Below the pieces are notes generated by a model, which worked only from the letters and a program-made list of their open reading frames with translations, made no database searches and was not told where the DNA came from. Position numbers and translations under genes: made by a program. A stretch of DNA of 63,505 nt, filler included, from Blastocystis sp. subtype 4 (lineage: Eukaryota), in the NCBI RefSeq assembly GCF_000743755.1. It is 4 parts of 4 records of this genome, joined end to end, with 100 filler letters (N's around TTAATTAATTAA, not from the genome) between each part and the next. Parts side by side here need not be neighbours in the genome. Positions count along the whole stretch, not along the records: positions 33,754 to 50,384 come from NW_014569311.1; 3 more parts are not named here. One strand, given 5' to 3'. Positions 36,470 through 48,298 of this stretch are shown here, one piece after another; the first letter of the stretch is position 1, and every line of letters begins with the position of its first letter.

Positions 36470-39400
36470 TTAAATTGAATTAGCGATAGGAACGTTATTT
36501 ACATAGAAACCACTCTCTAGCACACTTCCATCGATGGCATAACTAATACCTTCACCATTTCGCATATCATTCCGAAACTCCCCTACAAAGGATGGAATAC
36601 CATTTTCATAATAATAGACTCCTTTTCCACACATAAAATCATCATAGAACATCCCATGATAATACTCACCATTTCCAAAGTACATTTTCCCCATCCCACA
36701 ACGTTTTCCATTCCTCCATTCACCATCGTAAGTGACCTTTCCTGCTGCATTGATATAACGTCCTTGTCCATTAAACCGATCATCAGCAAATTCCCCAATA
36801 TATTGGTCACCAGAAAAGAAAGTATATTTGCCATTTCCACATTTGACTCCTTTTACAAATTCACCAACAAACAACCCCCGATCATCTTGAAACTCCCCGT
36901 ATCCATGTTTGACTCCATACAACCAATTTCCAGTATATACTAAAGCTTTCTTATCATTGAACCAACGCCCTTGACCATGCCATCGTCCATTCACAAAGTC
37001 ACCCTCGTAGAATTCACCTGTGGATAATACTTCCGTTCCCTTTCCATTTGGCTTATCATCCACTACTGAACCCATATAAAAAGAATTAGCATTCCCATGA
37101 TATATTGTTCCTTCTCCATTCAAACGACCTTTCTTGAAACTTCCTTCCATTGAAACACTTCCATCTTTCTGATACAGTCTTCCGTGACCTTCTCGAAGGC
37201 CATTTACAAACTCTCCTTCATATAATAATACTCCATCTTGGAGTTGTTTTCCTTTCCCTTCACATCGATCATCACGGAAACTTCCTTCATACACAATCCC
37301 TCCTTTCAGTATCTCTTTCCCATTTCCATGTCTTTTTCCCATTACCCAATCACCTGAATAGATCAACTGACCATTCAATCGCATCAAACGCCCTTTTCCA
37401 TCTCGTAATCCTTGCTTAAAATCTCCTTCATAGATCGTCTGACCACTCATCTCACGACCCTGACCATGTTTCAATCCATTTAACCATTCTCCATCATACA
37501 AGACTTCCTTTTCTCGAGAGAGTAAACCATGACCATGTCGACGATCATCCTTGAATTCACCTTCATATTCAGTCCCATTCTCTTCATATTCAATTCCTTT
37601 TCCGTCTCTATTACCTCCTACAAATTGACCACGATAAGACACAGATCCATTGGAACGGAATATTGTTCCTGTACCTTCCAAATAACCATTCACAAAAGTA
37701 CCTTCCAAACGACACCCATCTTTCCTCCACAATGTACCATCTCCTTGATACAAACCATCTCTCCATTCTCCCTGATATACCGTCTCATGTGACACACTGA
37801 ATTCTCGACCTTTCCCATGAGGAACACCTTTGGAAAAGGAACCCATGTAACAGCAGGCAGAGATGGGAGATTCGGTAGGTTCAGGACCCAGGAAGAAGAG
37901 TCGATTAATAGGAGGAATTCGAGGGAATTTCTGGAATGGAGGAAGCTCTTCTTTGTTGAGCCGACTCTTAGAAACAGCAGCATTTAGAGCCACAAGTGTT
38001 CGTGAAGAAGATCGTGTGAGATTACGACATGCATTCAATAGATCAGGCATATTGTGTGATCGAAGATGACGATTAGGGCAACTCAGAGACACAGGTTTCT
38101 GATCACCAGCAATGGGTACACTACTCTCAGAAGGATCAATGAGAAGGATGGGAGACTGTGTACGATCACTCAAAAGAGTTGACAGAACATTGGTACTTGA
38201 TAGAGAAGTGAGTGGAGTAAGAGGTGGTTTATAAGGAGATAAACGAGATGAGAATAATGATGCTTCTGCGATTACTCCATTCATTGGATTACAACTCTCA
38301 ACAACTCTTCCATCCATGAAAGAGAACTTGCGATGACTACTAGGAATGTAACGGTGGTTATGAATTTGGATCATTGTTAGAGTCATTCGTTCATCTTCTA
38401 CAAATTGTGCTTCTATTTCTAAGCAATCTTCTTGTAAAACAGCAGGTTCTTCTTTTGATAATGATGAGACTTGAGTAGAAGCGTAATCAACATGTGTAAA
38501 CATTGTTTTCAACGACGCAGAATAGTGATAGCCAAACACATATTCCCATAAACCACGTTTTGTTGGATCATATGGCATTGATAAGGCTCGTAAGAGATCC
38601 GATTCTCGACATCGTTCTATTAGAATTCGAACAATGCTATTCATTTCATTTCCTTGTTTCTGAAGAGGAACCAACATCACATCCTTTGTGAGACATTGAA
38701 GACTACGTCCCACAATGAGGAAAAAACGTTCATTCACTCGAACACGATAACACCATGTACTTGACGGAGTGGGAGTTTCACCATATTCGGAAATGAGATT
38801 CCCACCTAATGAGGTAGGATGGGCAATAGTATCTGCATAATCATGTTCTGAAAAAGGGAACAATCGTAGGAGCAACTGTTTCACTGCGGGAATCTTGGCA
38901 TTTCCTCCAATGGCAATTACCGAGTCAATGAACTCGGGTCGCCAATTTAATCGATGTAATGTATCTGTGAGTTCACGTTCTAATAACCAAAGAGGCAGGA
39001 GCAACAATGCATCCAATTCACGTTTCGTAAGCGTGATATTGCGTTGCGCTCCTAACGGTTGAATTTGTAATTCGTAGCTGATTCCAGAAGACAAGGCGAT
39101 TTTGGCATTCTCACATTCCACCATCAGTAAATCCATGTCTTTCACATCCGATGTGATTGGCACACCACACGACCTTCGGTATTTGCGACTAATGTACTTT
39201 TTGATCATCGTATCGATGTGACGACCAGAGAGTGTAGAAAGAATTTTACTATCTCGTATGCGTACATGACCTTTCCAAATACTAATAAACGAGAGAGATA
39301 ATGTTGAGGCCCCGTAATCAAGGAGCAACACAGTCGCATCCTGCCGATTTATACCTCCATAATAGAGATACGGAACAATCGAAGCAATACGCTCGTCCAC

Positions 39401-39913
39401 AAGTCGAACCTGATAGAAATGGGCATCCTCTGCAGCCCGATGGAAAAGATCGTTTTGAGGTACGCCAAAATCTCCAGGAAACAAAATACAATAGTTGTTA
39501 AGAGGAACTTCCAGTTCCATAGACACAAGTCGATGCAGATAGGTGAGAATCTCTCCAAGCAACTGAGATAATGTGCTGTGATGTTCTTCATTTCCATACT
39601 GAACTATAATGTCAACATCACCATTATCACTCTTTGAACAACGAAAACTCCTCATCGAATTTCGTTTTTCAACTTGTGGATCAACAGGGTCCGATACCAA
39701 TCGACATACGTCCATGATGTCATAGACTCGATTCTCTTTATTCCCCTTCTCACCCATTTTAATGCAGTTATCAAAGAACCATCCCTTTTCAACAAAGAGG
39801 GCTTGAGAACCACCATTGCTTGAATCTACACGTCGATCGAACAAAAACAGATTTGTTAGGGACAGTATACTTCCGTGGAACCCCGAAGTAGCAATATCCA
39901 GAACAATGTTCAT
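36470..39913 (-). CDS. Degenerate Hsp70-like actin-fold domain fused to ~19 MORN repeats (1147 aa, intronless)
   Basis: N-terminal VLDIAT, LVDERIASIVPY, LLDYGASTLSL, LSGRHID, CENAKIALS, IGGNAKIPAV; C-terminal YxGxFxxGxxxGxG repeats. Confidence 0.88.
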   Translation of the reverse strand: MNIVLDIATSGFHGSILSLTNLFLFDRRVDSSNGGSQALFVEKGWFFDNCIKMGEKGNKENRVYDIMDVCRLVSDPVDPQVEKRNSMRSFRCSKSDNGDVDIIVQYGNEEHHSTLSQLLGEILTYLHRLVSMELEVPLNNYCILFPGDFGVPQNDLFHRAAEDAHFYQVRLVDERIASIVPYLYYGGINRQDATVLLLDYGASTLSLSFISIWKGHVRIRDSKILSTLSGRHIDTMIKKYISRKYRRSCGVPITSDVKDMDLLMVECENAKIALSSGISYELQIQPLGAQRNITLTKRELDALLLLPLWLLERELTDTLHRLNWRPEFIDSVIAIGGNAKIPAVKQLLLRLFPFSEHDYADTIAHPTSLGGNLISEYGETPTPSSTWCYRVRVNERFFLIVGRSLQCLTKDVMLVPLQKQGNEMNSIVRILIERCRESDLLRALSMPYDPTKRGLWEYVFGYHYSASLKTMFTHVDYASTQVSSLSKEEPAVLQEDCLEIEAQFVEDERMTLTMIQIHNHRYIPSSHRKFSFMDGRVVESCNPMNGVIAEASLFSSRLSPYKPPLTPLTSLSSTNVLSTLLSDRTQSPILLIDPSESSVPIAGDQKPVSLSCPNRHLRSHNMPDLLNACRNLTRSSSRTLVALNAAVSKSRLNKEELPPFQKFPRIPPINRLFFLGPEPTESPISACCYMGSFSKGVPHGKGREFSVSHETVYQGEWRDGLYQGDGTLWRKDGCRLEGTFVNGYLEGTGTIFRSNGSVSYRGQFVGGNRDGKGIEYEENGTEYEGEFKDDRRHGHGLLSREKEVLYDGEWLNGLKHGQGREMSGQTIYEGDFKQGLRDGKGRLMRLNGQLIYSGDWVMGKRHGNGKEILKGGIVYEGSFRDDRCEGKGKQLQDGVLLYEGEFVNGLREGHGRLYQKDGSVSMEGSFKKGRLNGEGTIYHGNANSFYMGSVVDDKPNGKGTEVLSTGEFYEGDFVNGRWHGQGRWFNDKKALVYTGNWLYGVKHGYGEFQDDRGLFVGEFVKGVKCGNGKYTFFSGDQYIGEFADDRFNGQGRYINAAGKVTYDGEWRNGKRCGMGKMYFGNGEYYHGMFYDDFMCGKGVYYYENGIPSFVGEFRNDMRNGEGISYAIDGSVLESGFYVNNVPIANSI

Positions 39914-40239
39914 TGGTGGATTATCTTTTGTTTGTTTTCGCTGACTTTTGTTAGGTGGAGATTTTGTAATAGAGAGTAGGTTTTCGTTTCAAAAGTGAGA
40001 GAATGAGATCAGTATACGTTTGGATAATTACGCAACAGGTTAAGCCATTTTAGAGTGATATTGCGACTGTTATAAGTGAGATCAAAATCCATCTGTGAAT
40101 TCTCGTCGAATCAAAGGCTGAGATTACTCTAGCTAATTTTCACATCAAATGGTCCTATGGAATTCTGCCGTGCCATGCACATATTACGGTGAAACCCACA
40201 GAGTTTTGTGTAGTATTCATCAATCAAAGTACTCAAAGA

Positions 40240-40866
40240 ATGTCCGATGATTTTTTTGCTGATGGTACGTAATTTGTCGTTGATTTCAGTTGCATTACGC
40301 ATGAACTCGTCGTTGGGTTCAAGAATCCTTTCATTCATTTCATTTTCAGTGTATCTAATGTTGATGTAGACGTTCCTGTTGCTGACAATGCGGGAACTGT
40401 AAATGAAGTTCGTTAGCTATTGTTCCCTTATTGATAGGATCCTTTCGCTGATAGTGGCGCTGCTGATGCTGTAGCTGAGGAAGATCCTTTTGCTGCTGCT
40501 CCTTCTGCTCCTGCTGCTCCTGTTGAGGATGAGTTCAAATTCACTCGTGAGTGGAACCAGAAGTTCCGTGAACGATGCGAGGCCAAGGATAAGGAGGCTC
40601 TGGATAAGAAGAAGGAGGTGATGAAGGAAGCTCAGGAAGAGTTAGAGAAGTGGAGGGAGGAGAGAGCCAAGAAGCTCGAAGCTAAGGCTGAAATGAATCG
40701 TCAGGAGGAGGAGAAGCTGATTGAAGGTAATAAGGAGGATATGGCCTGCGCAAATCCATGGGAACGTGTGAATAAGCTCGTTGATATGAATGCTGAGACT
40801 TCTCATGATATGGCTAGGATGAAGCAGGTTATGATTCGAATGAAGGGAGATGCTGCGAAGATGTAG
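40240..40866 (+). CDS. Clathrin light chain
   Basis: Acidic DFF/DPF N-terminus, REWNQKFRERCEAKD coiled coil, NPWERVNKLVD and DMARMKQVMIRMK C-terminal motifs. Confidence 0.9.
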
Positions 40867-40921
40867 GGAGAATTCCGTGGTTGCTATACGCTGTCTTCAT
40901 TGTTTGTTTTAGACTCTGTTC

Positions 40922-42635
40922 ATGCCAGAACATGGGCTCTTCCAATCCATTGCAGATAGTCTTTGGAGTCGATCCAAACCAACTAATTCGCCTTTAGTGG
41001 ATGAATGTGATCAATCTCCATCCTTGCTTCTAGTGCAATTACGGGGATGTCAATTCTCCATTATAACTACAAATCTTCGTTTTAGTGGTCGAAGAAGGTG
41101 ATATGTAGGAAGTGATGGATCTTCTTGCGTGATGTATTCCAATTTGATTGTTAATGGTGTTCCAATTCCTGCTGGATCCCGAATTTATGCGATTGAAGAA
41201 TGCATAGTACTCAGTGGTTATTGAGTTGATGTTTGACTTTTAGACTATAGAATAGAACCAGTTTTGGATTTTCTCTATCTTCTTCGTTCACATGGTCTCT
41301 TTACCATCATTTTTATGCCTCCTGGAATGTCCATTCCTCCGCCAATCATATCAGTAATCTATGATTCTGTCTCCTACGTAGACTCGGTCATTTCCTCTCT
41401 CACAAAGTCTTCTCTTTCTCCTTCCTCATTATATGTATCTATTACCCGATGCACGTAGTACAAACTTGAAATACCGTCGTTCGTTGATTCTCAACCACTG
41501 TCGAACGATTCAACTGTTGTTTCGATCGAATTCATCACTTTCCCTTTCTCGTCTTCTCTCATCTACAGATCCGGAACACCTGTTGGTCGCGGATCGTTTA
41601 TTGCTTCAAGCTGTTCAATCCATTTCTTCTCCCTCGGTCTTGTAGTTATGCATCCATTGTATTCCATAGTACTTCTGAACATCTCTCTCAGTTTTACCAC
41701 GGATATGAGAATCGAGAATCCTTCGTACCAGATTTAGGTTCATTACGTCTCATCGTCGATGATTTGAATACAAACAATGATATTATTCTCTTACTCCGAT
41801 ACTGTGAAACTATTCACCGTCTCTATCACGTTGTATTGTTATCATTCGCTTCTCATTTAGTTTCCAAATGCGACTATTCTCAATTTGTTTCCAAATCGGG
41901 ATTCGTTCTTTGCATCCACTCTCATTCTTACTACACCGTATCTCTTACATGACCCACGACAGTACGAATCCTTCTTGTTTACTCTCTAGACTCTGGCTTG
42001 TAGGGGTCTTGTTTCAGTTCATTTCCAATGATTCTATTCCTTTATCTACAGGAAATGCAGACCTTGTTCTACGTCTGCTTAGTACATGTCACAATCGATG
42101 GGAAGTTGAAACGGTATTAGCATGTCAATCAAATGTGACTTCCCGAGATGTATTTCTTGCAGGGCTCCAAGCATGTTCCTCCGAACAAGGCCAATTCTTT
42201 GATTCTTATCTCTTTTATCTTGTTCATCAAATTGACTTCACTCTTCATCAAGTGGAATTGAATCTTTCGATTCGATGTGTTCTGGAGTTGATGCCTTTAA
42301 GCCAACGATCTGCATTTTATTGGCTAATCACTCTCTTAGAGCATACCAAGAGTCTGCTATCCGTGTGTGCAGAAACATTGAGTGAAGGTTCAGATGTGGA
42401 ATTGATGGAAACCTTCCTTATATTTTGTGTTGATCATAAAGCATTCCTATTTATGCCAACGATCCCTTCATTTTCTATGAATCTCTCTTTTGAAGAGTTA
42501 CACCTACAGGAAAGTACACGCTATTCTAGAATCGATTTGGATTCGTTTTATAATATTCCAGATACGTATACAGAAACAACAGTGATAACAGATAAGACTA
42601 GTGTCTGGAACAGTCCTTGGAATAGAGTAACTTAA
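40922..42635 (+). CDS. Hypothetical multi-exon, mostly helical protein
   Basis: ATG 40922 and linked exons to the 255-aa terminal ORF; N-terminal LIVNGVPI segment is weakly FHA-like. Confidence 0.55.
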
Positions 42636-42660
42636 TTTGTTTGAATTGAAACAGAATATC

Positions 42661-43675
42661 CTAAAAGAAACACCATTTCCTCTTCACTCGTTCATGAACA
42701 CATCGACTAGATGATATTTCAACTTTTCCATATCCCTTCTTCACTCCAGCCTTTTTCAAACACTGAATCCAAGATATCAACAGAGAATCATGAATCACTG
42801 GCCCTAAACTCCATCTTCGATCAGGAAATGACAATGAATCGTATGTATCGTGGAGATCCATTTGGGGCTTGAGTGAAAGTATGGACATGAACACATAGAG
42901 TGACTCTCTTCCTATCAAACCAACATTTCTCTCCTCACTTCAAAAAAGCTTCTCCGTCTGCTGTGAATTCAGCATCATTCAAGATCAACCTATGTGTAAA
43001 GAATGCACTCTTGTCCTACTGACACTCAAAGTTGTCCTTCAATTGCATTTCAAAGAATTGAAGCAATTCACCTAACAAGATACGTGTATTCTCATTCTTC
43101 ATGGCTGTTTGAACAAATGAAGCAAATGTCACCTCAGGCTTGGCTGCTGGCAATGATGGAGAATCGTTATCACTTCTGCTAGAAAGACGAGTAACACGCC
43201 TACACCACAACAACAACATCGTCGGTTTTCTTTGATAAAGTATCCATAAACAACTTCTTCATATGCAGTTGGTTTTTACTGTGAAATAAACGTCTTTCTT
43301 CATTCTGAATCGCGAGCATTCGTTTGATACTGAAATTGAGATATTACTCTACATCTACTCAGTTGGGTCAATCCGATAGACTCTTCCATCTCGTTGAAAG
43401 CCGATTTCTAGAAGAATTTTTCCTTCCTCTTCCGTTCTACATATCACTGTACCATTTCTACCAAACGCATTTTCAACAATCCCATCGCTTCCGTAACAAA
43501 CTGTTAACTTGCCGAAGAGAAGAGAGAGAAAATCATTCTCTCCCAAAGAAGACGAGAAACATTCTTTGCAAAGACTTCGGAACTTGTCTTCTACAATCAT
43601 TCTGACAAGGAATTATCCAAATCAATATGTAATGAGGCCTTTACTTGCAATATCCTGATAACTGAATTGATTCAT
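42661..43675 (-). CDS. Hypothetical multi-exon protein
   Basis: Minus-strand exons 43600-43355, 43219-43016 and 42918-42661 separated by intron-sized gaps. Confidence 0.5.
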
Positions 43676-43851
43676 GGTAGTTTTTCAACTTCTATAGTGG
43701 TTATTCCGATTCGATTTCTTTGGATTTCTCTTTCAACTCCTGAATATATGTTCGCACTTGGACGTTATTAGTACAGTCTATGGGATTGGCAGCCATGATA
43801 CAGTTTTCCAACCAACAAATAGAATTCCTAAATGTATTAAATAAGAGCTAG

Positions 43852-44075
43852 TTAATTGGGAATAGCAGCCAATACTTGATTCAACTGTTCCACAACAACA
43901 TCATCCAACTAGACAGTAATTACCATTTCAAACCTTCTACAATTTTGGATTCGTCAAATGTATCATTTTCGTTACCACTATTGGCAGATATAAATGTCTG
44001 AAGCATTTCCGCAGCCTTTTCGTTGGAAACATTCTTCTCTTTTCCGACTTCGATAATATCGACAAACTGGGACAT
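43852..44075 (-). CDS. Small two-exon protein (~63 aa), possible RNA polymerase I A14-like subunit
   Basis: MSQFVDIIEVGKEKNVSNEKAAEMLQTFISANSGNENDTFDESKI|LDDVVVEQLNQVLAAIPN* using a 32-nt GT-AG intron; not in the ORF track. Confidence 0.55.
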
Positions 44076-44112
44076 TCTTGCGAGACACCAAATGGAATAT
44101 GAACAAACATGC

Positions 44113-45682
44113 TTATGAATAATCCCCTACAGTATTACACAAACGCAATATATCTTTGCGTTTATGGTTCTTGTGAAATACTGACATCAAATAAACTTTA
44201 GCAACAAGACGATTCTCTGAACGTGTATCATTTAAATGTTTCTGCTGAAACAAAGATCTATGGATCACATAAATATCAATCACGAACGGTGAATGAGGCA
44301 AATCGTAAGCAAACATGCGACTAGCTATAACAAACTTGAATCCTTCCTATTATTTCCAACTCAATGAATATACCATTCAAACGAAGTGTCTCAACATATG
44401 TAATCTTGTTCTGACCGTAATTGATCAATTCTTCATTAAACAGATACTCTTCACTTCTTGGAACCACTAAATATGGTTCCTGATATCGATTTGGCCAACA
44501 CGAATATGATTGATAACTATTGGCTTTCCGCAAGATGATCTGGGAAACCCATGAATCCAGGACATAGTACTAGTTGTTAAAAGTACAAATCATTGCACAC
44601 ATGAGTGAAAAGATTCGCTTTCCTATTCCCACATCGTCGTGATAAGAGACACAAACGAAGCTCTTCCAGTGTCTTAGGAGCATTCTGAAGTGAAGACTGC
44701 AGCTGTGATTCCAGTGTATTACCAGTTACATTGACTGTTCTGGAAAAAATGGCTGGAACTATAATAGCAGTACGGTTCTCTCGATATAAGGATTCAGGGA
44801 GAGCCAATAGTTCTTCATATGACTTTTCACATAACATCATATCGGCATCAAGCAAGAGATAATGAGAAGTTTCCACGTTTCGAATTCCAATATTTCTTAG
44901 AATGTTAATAGGATAATTAGAAGAGAAGAAAGAGTTGGTTGAAGAAAGATACACGGCTATGAATATACGGTCCGAACAGAGAATCGAATTGTCTGAAGAA
45001 TAGAGAAAATCTTCAAAAGTTGATAATTCGTCTTCCACTACATGAATCGAAAATACAATTGGACTAGAAATGATTAAAGGAATCATCTATCACCCGTTCC
45101 ATCGCGTTGCTGTCACAGGGAGTAGAAATAAACGATTCACGTCACAAGCTACAACAAGAGTGATATTTATGGATGCTGAGTTATTGACTACCCCTATACA
45201 TCACAAAGAAAGTAGAAACGAACAGGCATTAGGATCTAATTCTCGTCGAAAATGACATCCTGAATAGTCCCATGCACTCGACCCTATAGTTCGTGCACGA
45301 ATAATAGGCAACATAGTAGACTGATAAGCAGGATTTGATGGCACATACTAGACTATTCATTCCATCAAATACTCTACTTTTCGAGGAGATCTCAAATCTG
45401 TGAGGATGACAAAGGATACATTAGTGTGCTGAGGATTCCCAATAGTCTCCAGCTTCGAATAACTCTAGCAATTATCTACAGAAATCAGGACAACGGTAGA
45501 GATATTTAACATGGATACACCCAGAAGACATACGAATCCTCTACAATACATCCATCAGTATTTAGATACATGATCACCAAAATCACATTCCTCTTCATGA
45601 CAAGGTTCTACCCTCAATAACAAGTCTCTTATAGATACAACGCAGAATAGGGCTAGCCCAAAAGACAGCCCAACACTTGCAT
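44113..45682 (-). CDS. LARGE/B4GAT1-like glycosyltransferase (GT49 family)
   Basis: N-terminal signal anchor; YPINILRNIGIRNVETSHYLLLDADMM (DxD), TAIIVPA, YQEPYLVV, FNEELINYGQNK. Confidence 0.85.
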
Positions 45683-45786
45683 TGACTCTTAATCACTCAT
45701 TGCTAATAGATTATTCTTGTTCATTCCGATTTGTCTTCATTCATTGGTAGATATACTAGGACTTTCTTGTATTCCTTCGTTTTGTC

Positions 45787-46896
45787 ATGAGTCAACAGCC
45801 GAATTCAAATGGGGGATTTATGAATGGTGTTCGAACAATGTTCTTTTTGGAAAGATTTCTTATGAATAGGGTCAATCAGTACAAGGCTTCGTTAATGCCG
45901 GTATCCAAGTCCATTTTTTGGTTTCTTGCAATTCTCCAACTAGTACATATGAATCTAAAGAATTCTCCATAGATCTCCATCCTCTACTCTCCTCTATACT
46001 ATTACTTGGCTAATATTCCATATTTCATCACTGTAGAGTATTATGAAGGTAGTGATATGCATTTTTCACCATCTTTAGTGTATCGAGTATTTACTTCTCT
46101 CTTTGTGGAACGATTCTCTATTTCTTACATCGTATCTCTCTTTATGTTTCCATATGCGGCATCCAGAATTGAGAAACGCGATGGATCCATTTATCTTGTA
46201 TATCGAATCATTCTTCTTTCAGTTCTCTCCAATACTTTTTTCACACTCATCTGCTGGCCCATTCTCAGTTGGAACCCGTTGCTTGGTTTCGGGTTGACAA
46301 TGTCAGGAATGAGTAATTTGTGGGTAATCTTCCTGGTCATTGATATGATTCAGGATCCACTGTAAGATGCACCGTTTCTGATTAATTCTAGTATTCGCCA
46401 GGCTGTAGCCAGCAATCGATTCTTTATTGTTTTGGCTATTCTTCTATGTATCTCACTCCTATTTTCTGTATCGTCAATTCCTGTGGTTCTTATAGCCTTG
46501 TTGTGTAGAATCTGTTTTGACAGTTTTATCGTAGTCAACTTCATTCCTGCCATATATAAACCATCTAAGCGAGTTGCTGCATTCTTCATTCCTTTCCCCG
46601 TGTTCAAACGGCTTCAAGCAAGGGATAAAGAGGAGGAAACAAAGCGAGTGATGGAAGAACAAACTGCTCGTAGATTCGCCAATTTTGAAACGATTGAGTT
46701 GGTCCTGGATGAAACACTGATGAATAGTCAAATACGCGGAGAACAGATTGGACAGCAATCACTACTTCCAGGAGAGACGACCCAAACGTCTCAATTTAAG
46801 AAAGAGAATACTCAAACCTCTCGTTTCAAGGGAACTGGACGTTTGTGTCAGTGGAAGAAATCACCTATAGATACACTGGGAAGCGTCTCAAAGTGA
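45787..46896 (+). CDS. Rhomboid/Derlin-like membrane protein with C-terminal SHP box
   Basis: Multi-TM; YYE|VYRVFTSLFV (variant of the rhomboid WR motif), IEKRDGS; spliced C-terminus RFKGTGHTLG matches the SHP box FxGxGxxLG. Confidence 0.7.
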
Positions 46897-46940
46897 TTTG
46901 TATAGTATCGTATTGATTCTTTTGTTTTGTTTTGACAAAC

Positions 46941-48255
46941 ATGAGTGGATACTCAGTAATATCGGAAGTATTCATCGGAGACCCTGTTAACTTCCGAAAG
47001 GACATCTTTGAATGCTGGTTGGACCAGTTGTCTGTAGATGATGCAACAAAGAAAATTAAGAAGGAAATGGAAAATGAATCAATGGTAATCCCAAGGATTG
47101 ATGAACTCATTCACGAAGACATTTTGGACTCTGTACTAGATGGATATGAGTGTCACTGATAGTATCGAATCTTTGACTTCTTCAAGGAGCAGTTGTTTGT
47201 GAATTCTTGGAGCATTGTTGATTTCCATAATAATGAAAGGGAGTATATGTGTAATGTGAGGAAGATGAGTGAAATTGATGATTAGCGTTACTTTGAGTTG
47301 GATGATACTCTTGTTCGTGAAATTGTGAGTATCGGAATTGGAGAAAGAAAGCGATCCATTATCAAAACAACGAAAACCCCAAGTTTGCACGCGATGGAAT
47401 TGGTGGAAGGAGTAAAAGTGATGCTAGAGTACATCCAATCTTACAGTGATCATAAGTCACTGGTTCTAGCATTACAACTCCGATTTCACATCAATCAGTC
47501 TTTGGCTCGTTCTTATCTATCGCTCCTCTATCTCCTCTTAGATAATCGTGATGTAGACTCCATTCGTAATCGGCCCTATATGGAATGGTCAGTAGTAAAT
47601 GTGCATGTTAGGAAATCGATTAAAGTATAGGATACTATCTGGTTTATGTTATCCAATTGGACACAAGGGTTGGAAGATATGCCGACAACTTCGGTAATTG
47701 CCTCTGCTCCCGACATTTGTAAAGGAGTGAAGTATTTGTCATGATTAGTTGGAACAGATCCATATACACTTGAATTATCAGATGATTATCTTAATGCCTT
47801 TCACAGTATCAGTGAGTATGTGAGCAAGAATGGAAAAGTTGGTTTCACTTCATGCATATAATGTAGAATTGGCAGTTGAAGTCAGGTGATGTACTATCGG
47901 TAGAGAATGTAGTCAAACGCCTTGCTACCATTATGTCAGTGTTTCGAGAAGAAGTATGACTGAAGACAGAGTTTTATGTAGAAATGCAAAGTGCGACTCT
48001 TCTGTGAGGCAACATCAAACAAATTGGGGCAGTTATACCACAACAAGAATATGACAGTAGATGAGGTTCGGGACAACCTCCAGCAATGTGACGATTATTT
48101 GCGAAAGATGCTAGTACGAGTAAATAGTCCAATTAATGGATAGCCTCAGTTTTCCGTGTATTCTACGTCGTTTGTTCAGCTCTGTTATTTGTTTCTAGAA
48201 CTCTATCATTCAAAGTACCAGTGCTTTTTTGTTTCGGGTCAGAAGTATTTTTCGT
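46941..48255 (+). CDS. FIBP: FIBP-like (acidic FGF intracellular-binding protein family); 3' end uncertain
   Basis: EVFIGDP...DIFECWLDQLSVDDA, EDILDSYRIF and ERYFELDDTLVREIV resemble the FIBP N-terminus. Confidence 0.7.
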
Positions 48256-48298
48256 TATGTGTTTGTGAAAATGAATCATTTGATATCCGTCCTGTGAG

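Noticed and set aside
36866..36873. TGTTTGTT inside the MORN-repeat coding region (minus strand)
   Set aside because: No in-frame T at -5, and intact repeats continue to a genomic TAA with its own motif (36462-36455); probably incidental.
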